In this document: piece after piece, positions 48,225 to 56,699 of the stretch | Position numbering within the stretch: position 1 is the stretch's first letter | Layout: every line of letters starts with the position of its first letter | IMG/VR virus record: IMGVR_UViG_2645727538_000003 | Reading direction: 5' to 3' (one strand) | DNA: 64,000 nt | From: a virus | Program-made: the position numbers and the translations under genes | Notes under the pieces: generated by a model | Databases searched by the model: none | Told to the model about the DNA's origin: nothing | The model's input: the letters and a program-made list of their open reading frames with translations, nothing else

Positions 48225-48662
48225 TTACCAATCAAATGAATCTTCATGTTCAAATCCATAAATACCTTTAATCCACACATCTCCACATCCTGGATTCTTT
48301 GTAATCTCTAACACATGATTACGATTTGCATCTCCCTCTACTCGATCTGCAGCAGTATAGTCGGCATAGTTCCCTACAAACTGCTTTTCACTACGTGGGA
48401 ATACCCAGCCAGCAAGAGTTATCCTACTGATTTTCATATTTAGAGTACACCCCTCAGCATTGCTAATTGTGAATTTGTAGAAGAGCCAAGTGCGATCGTA
48501 ATTCCGATCAAAATAATCTGCCATTGAGAAACTCTCTGAATCCTCACTCATATGAAAATTCACATTTTTGTAGTCTAAGGTAAGCTTCGCCTCAGCCCTT
48601 GGTGTCGTGAAACACGAGATGAAACCAATGCAAATTACAGCCAAAAAGATTAGCTTTTTCAT
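48225..48662 (-). CDS. Secreted hypothetical protein
   Basis: Signal peptide ending AEA; two Cys in the mature region. Confidence 0.7.
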   Translation of the reverse strand: MKKLIFLAVICIGFISCFTTPRAEAKLTLDYKNVNFHMSEDSESFSMADYFDRNYDRTWLFYKFTISNAEGCTLNMKISRITLAGWVFPRSEKQFVGNYADYTAADRVEGDANRNHVLEITKNPGCGDVWIKGIYGFEHEDSFDW

Positions 48663-48966
48663 TCCCTCTCCCCCTTTTCCAAATTATACTATATTGGAAA
48701 TAAAGGTGAAAGAACAGGTCGAAGCTTCGTGGTTTATCTGTATTCTTCATGATATAGCTAGATATACATGTATCTATGAATATCTACGTTTGTTTATAAG
48801 TATCTATACCTCCCTACATCACACAAATATACCTTATTAAGAACAAAAATATTTATTTTTGTTCATTTTTAAGAACAAATCTTCCATTTTTATGATATAA
48901 TCATCACTGCTTATAGGCAGCCTTACTGCTTATTCGCCATATGGTATAGGAAAGAGGTTCTTTAAA

Positions 48967-50064
48967 ATGAACGTAAAGCATTCTAATTGTTTTTTTGTTA
49001 TCAGGCTGTTTGCTGCTCTCTGTGTGCTTATTGGTCATGCTACAAGAGATCTAAACATTTCTGTCTTTGGTTATACTCCAGAGAGTAAAGCAATATTTCA
49101 CACCGGCATATCAATCTTCTTTTTTCTAAGCGCATTTTTTCTTTTCACTTCTTATGAGAGATCCAAGCTTAAAGGAAATAATGTAACGGATTTTTATTGG
49201 AGCCGAATTATCAGGATCGCGCCCGCAATTTACACCTATGCTATTGCCTCCACCATCCTGTTAATTGTTCTAGGAGCTCTTTCATTAACAGTATTCACTA
49301 CTAAAGAGTACTGGACATGGCTTCTTAGCAATTTTGTGTTATACCCTCAATACTTCCCTGACATATTCCATCACATTGGCACAGGTCACCTTAACGATTC
49401 ACTTTGGACAATTCCTGTTCAGATTAGCTTTTACCTGGTGTTACCCGCAATTTATTGGTTTTATAAACGCTTCGGATTCAAAAAAATGATTCTTTGTTCT
49501 TTTGCTGTTTCTGCTTTTAGTGTGCTGATTTCTTTCGTGGTTTTGAAGTTCTTTCCTGGTAATGTAATCGGTAGCTTATACTTACATTCTTTTTTGCCGC
49601 AGATGTTTTATTTCACCTTGGGCATCTTCTGGGCAAAGGCATGGACTAAGTCACCGCGGCATATTGTTTTATTCTTATCTTCAATAATTTTATTTTTATT
49701 CTTTAAAATTGACCCTTTACACCTCAGCTCAATAAACAGCACATTATGGAACTTTTTATGGTTCGTACCTTTGAGCTATGCAATTGTATGGTTCGGTTAC
49801 AATGGGCCGAAGATATTGCGGCAACTAAACCGGTTAGACGATATTAGTATGGGAATTTTCATATGGCACATGGTGATTATCAACATCTTCCTATACACCG
49901 GAATTAATGAAACATTGTCTGATTACCCGCTGATCATAGTTCTAATAGCTGTTACTTCTTCAGTTGCTTTTCTGTCATATAGATTAATTGAAAGGCCAGT
50001 TTTAAAATTACGCAAAAACAGTGAAAGCAAATCGCGTAATTTTAAAACAATAAAAGCAAGTTAA
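48967..50064 (+). CDS. Acyltransferase family 3 (OafA/OatA-like) integral membrane protein
   Basis: IRLFAALCVLIGH; ISIFFFLSAF; RIIRIAP; NDSLWTIPVQ; SMGIFIWH; SYRLIERP; about 10 TM segments. Confidence 0.9.
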   Translation: MNVKHSNCFFVIRLFAALCVLIGHATRDLNISVFGYTPESKAIFHTGISIFFFLSAFFLFTSYERSKLKGNNVTDFYWSRIIRIAPAIYTYAIASTILLIVLGALSLTVFTTKEYWTWLLSNFVLYPQYFPDIFHHIGTGHLNDSLWTIPVQISFYLVLPAIYWFYKRFGFKKMILCSFAVSAFSVLISFVVLKFFPGNVIGSLYLHSFLPQMFYFTLGIFWAKAWTKSPRHIVLFLSSIILFLFFKIDPLHLSSINSTLWNFLWFVPLSYAIVWFGYNGPKILRQLNRLDDISMGIFIWHMVIINIFLYTGINETLSDYPLIIVLIAVTSSVAFLSYRLIERPVLKLRKNSESKSRNFKTIKAS

Positions 50065-50087
50065 AGGCTGTTTTATTTAGACAGCCT
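50065..50087. terminator. Hairpin terminator after the acyltransferase
   Basis: AGGCTGT-tttatttag-ACAGCCT between convergent genes. Confidence 0.6.
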
Positions 50088-50106
50088 CTCCCCTTTATAG
50101 CATAAT

Positions 50107-50493
50107 TTAAAAATATAGCTCTCTATATCTTCTCAATATGTAATCATTTATTTCATACTGCCACTCTACCTTAATTGAATAGCCTTTTATTTTGACGGAT
50201 TTATTCCACAGTAGCGACTCTCCAAACTTATCCTCAATCTTTCCCCCTTCCTCTAAACCATGATGGTTAAAGAAATTTAGAGTACAACAATCATAATTGT
50301 CTTTGGTGTATCCAGAGTCTACTTTCACCCAGTTTTCTGCTAATTCATAAAGCCATGCGGGAGCACTTAGATCAATATCAAACAATCTTTTTGCGCAGGT
50401 AGATCCGTAAGGCTTTCCATCAAATTCGAACACTTTTTTATGCTTCTTGCCACAAGCAGTGCAGTTTTCGTTACCTAAATAAACTTTGAACAT
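50107..50493 (-). CDS. Hypothetical protein with zinc-binding N-terminus
   Basis: CTACGK...YGSTCA motif. Confidence 0.6.
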   Translation of the reverse strand: MFKVYLGNENCTACGKKHKKVFEFDGKPYGSTCAKRLFDIDLSAPAWLYELAENWVKVDSGYTKDNYDCCTLNFFNHHGLEEGGKIEDKFGESLLWNKSVKIKGYSIKVEWQYEINDYILRRYRELYF

Positions 50494-50609
50494 TGGTCCT
50501 CATCACCCCATTATTTTGACACTTTATGCTAGTATAGATAAATTAATAATGGCTGCCTATTTATAAATTACATTCAAGTTAAAATGGTGTTTTTATTGTA
50601 AAGCCCGTC

Positions 50610-50828
50610 TTATTTGTTGTCTGCGTCAGTCATTATAAAAAGTCTCTCATACTCTAAATCAAAAGCATCAACAAACGCCTTCTTTGCTATTGCACTTGTG
50701 ATAACTAAATTGTCTTCACTCGTTTTGTCTGCTCTTCTAAAAACATTTTCCGCGGCGCTTTTGGCCAGTTCTCCTATTCCATTTTCACTAACATCAATCA
50801 TAAAATCCCTAAGTTCTTTTGTGTTCAC
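50610..50828 (-). CDS. Hypothetical protein
   Basis: ORF track; GTG start overlapping the upstream stop. Confidence 0.5.
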   Translation of the reverse strand: MNTKELRDFMIDVSENGIGELAKSAAENVFRRADKTSEDNLVITSAIAKKAFVDAFDLEYERLFIMTDADNK

Positions 50829-51034
50829 TTTATAATCCCCTCAGCTTTCAATTTCTTTATGTAACCAAACAAAGCATCTCTCACCTCTGTATCATCCCAA
50901 CTCCACTTTTTAGCAAGAGATATAATTTCTACAGGCAAAATCTTAACAATAGTTTGTATTTCAGAATTATTCGGTGCTCTTCTATAAGCATCTACAAAAC
51001 AGCAGTCGTTTATTTGATCATTCATGCTATTCAA
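50825..51034 (-). CDS. Hypothetical protein
   Basis: ORF track; conserved-looking SWDDTEVRD motif. Confidence 0.55.
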   Translation of the reverse strand: MNSMNDQINDCCFVDAYRRAPNNSEIQTIVKILPVEIISLAKKWSWDDTEVRDALFGYIKKLKAEGIIK

Positions 51035-51078
51035 TTGGTTAAGCGCTCCTATTACATATTTTATTTAATATCATCGAC

Positions 51079-51189
51079 TTAACCAATAACTTTGATATTT
51101 TCACTTTCACAAGATGGACAGTCTTCATCAAAGTCATCGCCAATCCATCTATACTCACATTCTTCGCACTTGATTAGTAGCTCATCCAT
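51079..51189 (-). CDS. Tiny zinc-ribbon peptide (36 aa)
   Basis: Manual ORF MDELLIKCEECEYRWIGDDFDEDCPSCESENIKVIG. Confidence 0.5.
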   Translation of the reverse strand: MDELLIKCEECEYRWIGDDFDEDCPSCESENIKVIG

Positions 51190-51228
51190 TGTTCATCTCT
51201 CCTTTTTAAAGGGTTATTGCATGCAGTT

Positions 51229-51456
51229 CTATTTCAACCCTTTTTTCATATCTTGTAATTGATTGTACACTTGCTCTAATTCATCATCGTATAATTGAAA
51301 CTCTTTTACATCTTCTTCTGAGAGTTTCACCTTAAAATCAATAGCAATCTCTCCGTTGGGGTCAGGGTTATTTATATAATAAAAAACTTCCGCTCCATCA
51401 TCGTAGTCAAATTTAATCCATTTCTTCATGTTAATCACCTTTCTTTTAACATTCAT
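51229..51456 (-). CDS. Acidic hypothetical protein
   Basis: ORF track; likely start MKKW. Confidence 0.5.
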   Translation of the reverse strand: MNVKRKVINMKKWIKFDYDDGAEVFYYINNPDPNGEIAIDFKVKLSEEDVKEFQLYDDELEQVYNQLQDMKKGLK

Positions 51457-51892
51457 TTTTTTTATTAATCAATGTACCCAAGAGGAAGAGGTTCCAGAAA
51501 AAAAGATTGGTGAACTGCAATTACCTCCGAATCACTTTCCTCCGATTTATATATAATTTCAAGTACGACACTATCTAATGCACCTTTTGTTTTCTTGACT
51601 TCAATGTCCATTTGAGCACTCCTTTCATTGTTTTTGATCTTTTTAATAAGTTGTTCTATTTAATCTCGGCTTCAATTTGTATAAACTCTCCCAGTGGCTC
51701 AACACATGCTACTTCGTACATGCAGTCGTCATATGTATTGAGTAGAACCTGTGTTTCCTCTGTTATTTGCCCTTTGTCCATCATCTCTTGCAATGAATCA
51801 ATCAATTGTTTAACCTTCATGGCTATTGTATTTCCCCTCTCTTTTGCTACTCAGTTGCATAACTAATTAATGGCTTAATTTCTTTTACATAT

Positions 51893-52186
51893 TCAAAAAA
51901 ACTGCTGTTGACCTTCAAGAATGCCAAACAATTCATGCCTACCAGTAAAGACCCATTGAGGGGACTCCCCATTTGTCTGTATCTCTACAGTAAAGCTTAC
52001 TCCTTTTGTATTAATCTCTTCATCTTCCTCGATTTCATAATGATGTTCAATTAATCTTTTCAACGTTTGACCGTCTTTTATTTCCTTAGAATAAAATGTC
52101 AACCCCTGATCTTCATATTCCTTTAGTTTAAAGCCGTTGTCCAGTAAGAATTGAAGGATTTTTTCATTTAATTTTGATTTTGTCAT
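51893..52186 (-). CDS. Hypothetical protein
   Basis: ORF track. Confidence 0.55.
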   Translation of the reverse strand: MTKSKLNEKILQFLLDNGFKLKEYEDQGLTFYSKEIKDGQTLKRLIEHHYEIEEDEEINTKGVSFTVEIQTNGESPQWVFTGRHELFGILEGQQQFF

Positions 52187-52280
52187 GCTTTATTCTCATC
52201 TCTTTAAAACTGCTGTTTTATACTAAATTGGTTTTTTGCTGTAGCATACCTACCGAGAACCCGATCAATTTTATTTATAA

Positions 52281-52745
52281 CTATTTCAGTTGCTGTAATG
52301 TTTGTCTTGCTTTTTCTAAATAAGCATCATCATTAAAGATTCTATACAAAGTCATATAATCATTATGTTCATCAAGAATTTGGTCTACTGTTCTTGTCTT
52401 TTTGAAAATATACTCCTTCTCAGTAGCTTTTTCTGTTTCTGCTTTTTTGGATACATCGCTGCTCTTTTGTTCGATTTCCCCTGATTGCTCTAAAAGCTGA
52501 ACAATGTCCATGCCAACTTTGTAATTTCTTTTGCCAAATTGGATGGTGGCCTCGCCCCAAAACATTTGATAATCAACCAGTATCCCTTGAGATCCTTTTT
52601 TCTTTAAGACTCTGTCCCCAGAAATCGTTGTGTGATTTTCTGTTAATATAACAGTACTTCCAATTAGATTATGAAGTTCTTTTTGAGACAATTTTTTAAG
52701 TGTTGTTTTCATATTAAATATCCCCATTCTGTTTAAAATATGCAT
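52281..52745 (-). CDS. Hypothetical protein (likely start MKTT)
   Basis: ORF track; downstream of an operator-bearing promoter. Confidence 0.6.
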   Translation of the reverse strand: MHILNRMGIFNMKTTLKKLSQKELHNLIGSTVILTENHTTISGDRVLKKKGSQGILVDYQMFWGEATIQFGKRNYKVGMDIVQLLEQSGEIEQKSSDVSKKAETEKATEKEYIFKKTRTVDQILDEHNDYMTLYRIFNDDAYLEKARQTLQQLK

Positions 52746-52870
52746 TTTATTTTATTTTTACCCTTAAAATATGTATGCTTTCGCTGTTGTTTTAACTTGA
52801 TTTAAGTATATCATGACTATTTTAAATAATCAATACTTATTTTATTTTTATTCTTAAAGTGTGTGTCTTG

Positions 52871-54472
52871 TTATGATGTAAGCATGAGAATCTTCGATTT
52901 ATCCAGGATATAATAAGAAGCGTTATTTACCGTTTCATTATAAGATTGCGCACCCTCAAAATTATTGATTACGTCTTTTTCTTCTGCTGTCATATCCTGA
53001 TATTTTACCTTGCCATACGAAGGAGGAAGCCAGTTTTTCTTTTGGCTGCCAAAAATATTAAATTTCTTGAGAATTTCCATATCTTTAAACTCAATGTGAC
53101 ATGTCCCTTTTTTATAGAAAGTGACATAAAAGTACTTTAATTCTAGTTTTTTCGTTTCGCCGTAATGCTCAGCTAGCTTTAAAGTTTCATCTATGTTTAT
53201 GTCTTCTGTTAACCCATTGTCAAGGTAATTGAAAACTTTTTCGACATCCTTCAACTTTTCTAAGACCTTGTAGTCTGTTGGATTATACCGACCATCTAGC
53301 CAGCTATACACGTTCAATGGGATAATTATTTTTTTATTAATTTTATATGATTTATTTGTTTTCCACCCATTATATAAGTGTACATTTTTTGATGATTCAT
53401 CATAGTAATGCTTGTGGCTAAATTCTTCAAAAAGATTAAGTATTGTATCTTCTACGCCCTGCGTCATCTCTTTGCTCATCTGAATTCTTAATGTATAGAT
53501 ATTGAACAAAGAAAAGTCATAATCTTTTAATTCCTCAACGTGCTGCAAGTATTTTTGTTTTAGGTTGCTTGTAAAGAGCCCCATAAACTGATCATTGTTA
53601 AATAACGTATTCCAATACTTCGCCCTAATTTGTTTTATATATGCGTTCTCTATGTCATTTTCTTCGGTATTCTTATCAATTTGCAGCTTCAATATTGGCG
53701 TACTGTCATCATTGAAACTATGCAGCATTAAGGGTTTCAAACTGTTGTATTCATTGATTAATTTTAAACCCGCTTTTATTTCATAGTTGAATTGTTCTAC
53801 AATTCCTTTTATAACGTCTACATTCACCAACTGTGTTGCTTTATAATCCTCATTAATTTTATAAGACTCATCCTTTTTCAATTCTTCTATTAGAACGCTG
53901 CTATATTCTTGTTTTTCAATGCTTATATATATTAGCGCCGTTTCAACTTCTGTGTTTCGCTCTGAGTTCGAAAAAGCGTTTTGAATGTATTCAACTTCTG
54001 CATTTATTTCCTCTAGCTTACGTATAAGAAATTTCCTGTCGTTTGAATACGGATTTTTTAATGTTTCGGCATTTAGTAAGCAAACAATTTGGCCGGATCT
54101 TTGTTGCTTTTCAATTAATTCAATCGCCTTTAATAAATGTTTAACACCGCTACTAAAAGGTGGATTCATAAAAATCAAATCATACTTCTTGTAAGTGTTA
54201 AACGTCAGAAAATCGTCTGCTACCACTCTATAACTTTTCCCCTCAAGGATGTGCCTTAAGTTTTCATCTTGTTCAATTGAATCAATATCATATTTCGAAT
54301 TCCCTCTATAGTTCTTGGTGTATTTGAATTGATTGTGAATAGCTTCTACCAAATCCCCTTTACCTGCTGACGGCTCTAAAACAGACTTAATATGCTTCCA
54401 TTCTATTTTTGATGTCATTTTTCGGATTAACTGTGCTGGTGTCGGATAAAAATCCGGATTATCTTTAAACAT
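52871..54472 (-). CDS. Orphan amino (N6-A/N4-C) DNA methyltransferase with DUF4942-type C-terminus
   Basis: FYPTP; motif I VLEPSAGKGDL; motif IV DLIFMNPPF; C-terminal FYKKGTCHIEF. Confidence 0.88.
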   Translation of the reverse strand: MFKDNPDFYPTPAQLIRKMTSKIEWKHIKSVLEPSAGKGDLVEAIHNQFKYTKNYRGNSKYDIDSIEQDENLRHILEGKSYRVVADDFLTFNTYKKYDLIFMNPPFSSGVKHLLKAIELIEKQQRSGQIVCLLNAETLKNPYSNDRKFLIRKLEEINAEVEYIQNAFSNSERNTEVETALIYISIEKQEYSSVLIEELKKDESYKINEDYKATQLVNVDVIKGIVEQFNYEIKAGLKLINEYNSLKPLMLHSFNDDSTPILKLQIDKNTEENDIENAYIKQIRAKYWNTLFNNDQFMGLFTSNLKQKYLQHVEELKDYDFSLFNIYTLRIQMSKEMTQGVEDTILNLFEEFSHKHYYDESSKNVHLYNGWKTNKSYKINKKIIIPLNVYSWLDGRYNPTDYKVLEKLKDVEKVFNYLDNGLTEDINIDETLKLAEHYGETKKLELKYFYVTFYKKGTCHIEFKDMEILKKFNIFGSQKKNWLPPSYGKVKYQDMTAEEKDVINNFEGAQSYNETVNNASYYILDKSKILMLTS

Positions 54473-54521
54473 TTTGATCTCCCCTTTTTAGGGAATGAGA
54501 TTTTTCCCATCCCCTATAAGT

Positions 54522-56408
54522 TTATAAATTAGGCTTGTACGTGTTGATTATTGGTTTGAAGCTTTTTTTATTTAAGTAACCTAAAACCTCATCAAATTGT
54601 CTTTTGTCACAAGAGTGGTACTTACTATGAATTATTTTCATTCCACCTGGTTTAACCTCTACATTATTCAATACTGTTTCGGGAAGTGAGTGCCACCCTT
54701 TGAACATCAATAATTCTGAATAGAAGTGACGATAATATAATTTTCTTTTACTTTCAGGACGGTATGTCAACTTGACTGCATTATCATATTGGGCATATTT
54801 AGTTGGCCGGTAACTGTCATATGTTATTCTTTCAGTAATTAAAGAGTCAAGATCAGATATGTAAAACAGAGTATATTTTTCACCTTTTTCAAGATCAGCA
54901 TTTTTAAATTGTTCTTGAATGCTGTCAACTTCATGGAGAATTCTGTATAACGAAATTTTCAATTCTTCTATATCTACTTGTTGGATAATTTTTTTCTTCA
55001 ACTTCAAACTTTTAAACTTCAACTTTTCTTTAAATAAAGATTTATATTTGTTCCAGTCTTCCTTTTTCCAGGTCTTATGTATATTTAATTCTTCAATTAC
55101 CGAAGTTGAAATATCTTCCAACACATCTGCTTGATATTTTAACTCCTCTAATTCTCCTTCTTTTAACGCTTGCTTATGAGAAATTGACTTTTCAGTTTTT
55201 GCATTGTCCACTAAACCAACATACCTTGCATAAGAATAGCCTTGAGCATCTACAATAAATTGCAATTTCCCACCGTAGTACACACCTACGCCATATAAAT
55301 TCCATTTAACTGTGTTCTTTTCTAAATCGTCCATATTGTAATAATCAATCATTGAGTTGATCCTGTTGTCTTCCGTAAAACTTCCACCGGTTTCCGCAAG
55401 AAAATCAAAATCATTTAAAAGCAAGTTAGAAAAGTTGTTTAAAGCTTCTTCAGTATTGAAATGCACTTCTTTTGTAATTTTCACATTTTCAAGTCTGTAG
55501 TCACCTTTAGCAACCTCGTCTTTGTATTGATCAAGTGTTTGATTTTTGTTTAAGTTGGCAAACTGTGCATCAATAACAAAATACTCTTGATCTTCATTCA
55601 GTTGTTTTACTACAATGCTGCTATAGATATTTTCGGCTTGTTTCTTTTCTTCTTCTTGCCGTCTCTTATATTCAGCATTTTTAAGCTCTTGCTCTTTTAA
55701 ATACTCATTAAGTTCTTTTTCTTTTCTCGCTTTCTCGGCTTCTTCGAATTCTTCCATCTTTGAATCAAACAGTGCCATATCTTCTTTAATTTCTTCTGTT
55801 TGTTCTGTCACTGTGTATTCCCAGTCCAATGAAACTCGACCATAAAAGTTGTAACTACCTGCGTAATCAGTGTATGGATCTGCTGGGCTGTAGCAATGGC
55901 GATAATTGTTTAAAAGACTGTTGCAATAACCATAAATCGCAGTCAAATAAGCTGACCCTTTTTCATATGGACTTGATTTGATTGTGATGTTAATAGTGCT
56001 ATGTAAATAGCTTCCCCCAGTAGTAACAGAGAATTTGCATTGTGGGAAACGTTGTCTTATATGCTTTCTTATTTCCTTTGCCATTTCTTTTACTTCTTGT
56101 TCCTTATTTACTTCTACTTCACTCCATTGTGTTGCATCCCACAGACCCATTTTTACACCCTTAGCTTTCTTTTTAGTTTTAGTGATTGTTTTAGAAGATG
56201 AGACTTCTTGTTTAGTGACACCATTAGCGACCTGCATTGATTTTTCTGTCCGTTGGCTCCACCAACATTTTTTGAATCCAGAGTATCGAAAACCGTTTGA
56301 TTTAAGATGAGTTAAAACCTCTTGTTCTGGTTTACTATCAAAATAAAGTTCAATTCCGTTTAACTCTTCGTTAATTCTTAAAACAGCTGTCATTTTCAAC
56401 CTCTCCAT
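54522..56408 (-). CDS. Large polyvalent-protein-associated (LPD29-type) multidomain protein
   Basis: N-terminal GIELYFDSKP...LKSNGFRYS; KEMAKEIRKHIRQRFPQCKFSVT...INITI resembles LPD29. Confidence 0.7.
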   Translation of the reverse strand: MERLKMTAVLRINEELNGIELYFDSKPEQEVLTHLKSNGFRYSGFKKCWWSQRTEKSMQVANGVTKQEVSSSKTITKTKKKAKGVKMGLWDATQWSEVEVNKEQEVKEMAKEIRKHIRQRFPQCKFSVTTGGSYLHSTINITIKSSPYEKGSAYLTAIYGYCNSLLNNYRHCYSPADPYTDYAGSYNFYGRVSLDWEYTVTEQTEEIKEDMALFDSKMEEFEEAEKARKEKELNEYLKEQELKNAEYKRRQEEEKKQAENIYSSIVVKQLNEDQEYFVIDAQFANLNKNQTLDQYKDEVAKGDYRLENVKITKEVHFNTEEALNNFSNLLLNDFDFLAETGGSFTEDNRINSMIDYYNMDDLEKNTVKWNLYGVGVYYGGKLQFIVDAQGYSYARYVGLVDNAKTEKSISHKQALKEGELEELKYQADVLEDISTSVIEELNIHKTWKKEDWNKYKSLFKEKLKFKSLKLKKKIIQQVDIEELKISLYRILHEVDSIQEQFKNADLEKGEKYTLFYISDLDSLITERITYDSYRPTKYAQYDNAVKLTYRPESKRKLYYRHFYSELLMFKGWHSLPETVLNNVEVKPGGMKIIHSKYHSCDKRQFDEVLGYLNKKSFKPIINTYKPNL

Positions 56409-56699
56409 TCTTTATCACAATTTTATTTTTACTCTAAATGTATGTAATTCTTTGACTTGATTTAATTTTAACATGATCACTTTAAATATTCAATAGTTAT
56501 TTTATTTTTATTCTAAAAAAAGAAAAACATATTATCGAGGTTCAGCTTGCTGAAACGAGACGGCCGTAAAGGCACTTTCTTTACGGACGAATTTATTATT
56601 TTTTATTTAATTATTTTTCTGGTTCTCCTTAAGACTTAGGCTCTAAAACCCTTGATATGACTGGCTTATTTTTTAAGTTTAAGAGGTTTGTCCTCTTTA

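Larger units (their letters stand above)
1132..52749. repeat. Dispersed gene-boundary element TAAAA-N6-TTTTA
   Basis: Perfect copies at 2375, 3076, 23227, 25890, 26084, 30927, 31931, 34574, 36122, 43706, 50580, 52205, 52734; one-mismatch copies at 1132, 4834, 7247, 7854, 26739, 29141, 30379, 47538. Confidence 0.7.

Noticed and set aside
48871-48884. SOS-like sequences AGAACAAATCTTCC (about 48872) and GGAACAAATGTACC (about 59328)
   Set aside because: Mismatch in a core half-site and no clear link to an SOS-type gene; too weak to call.
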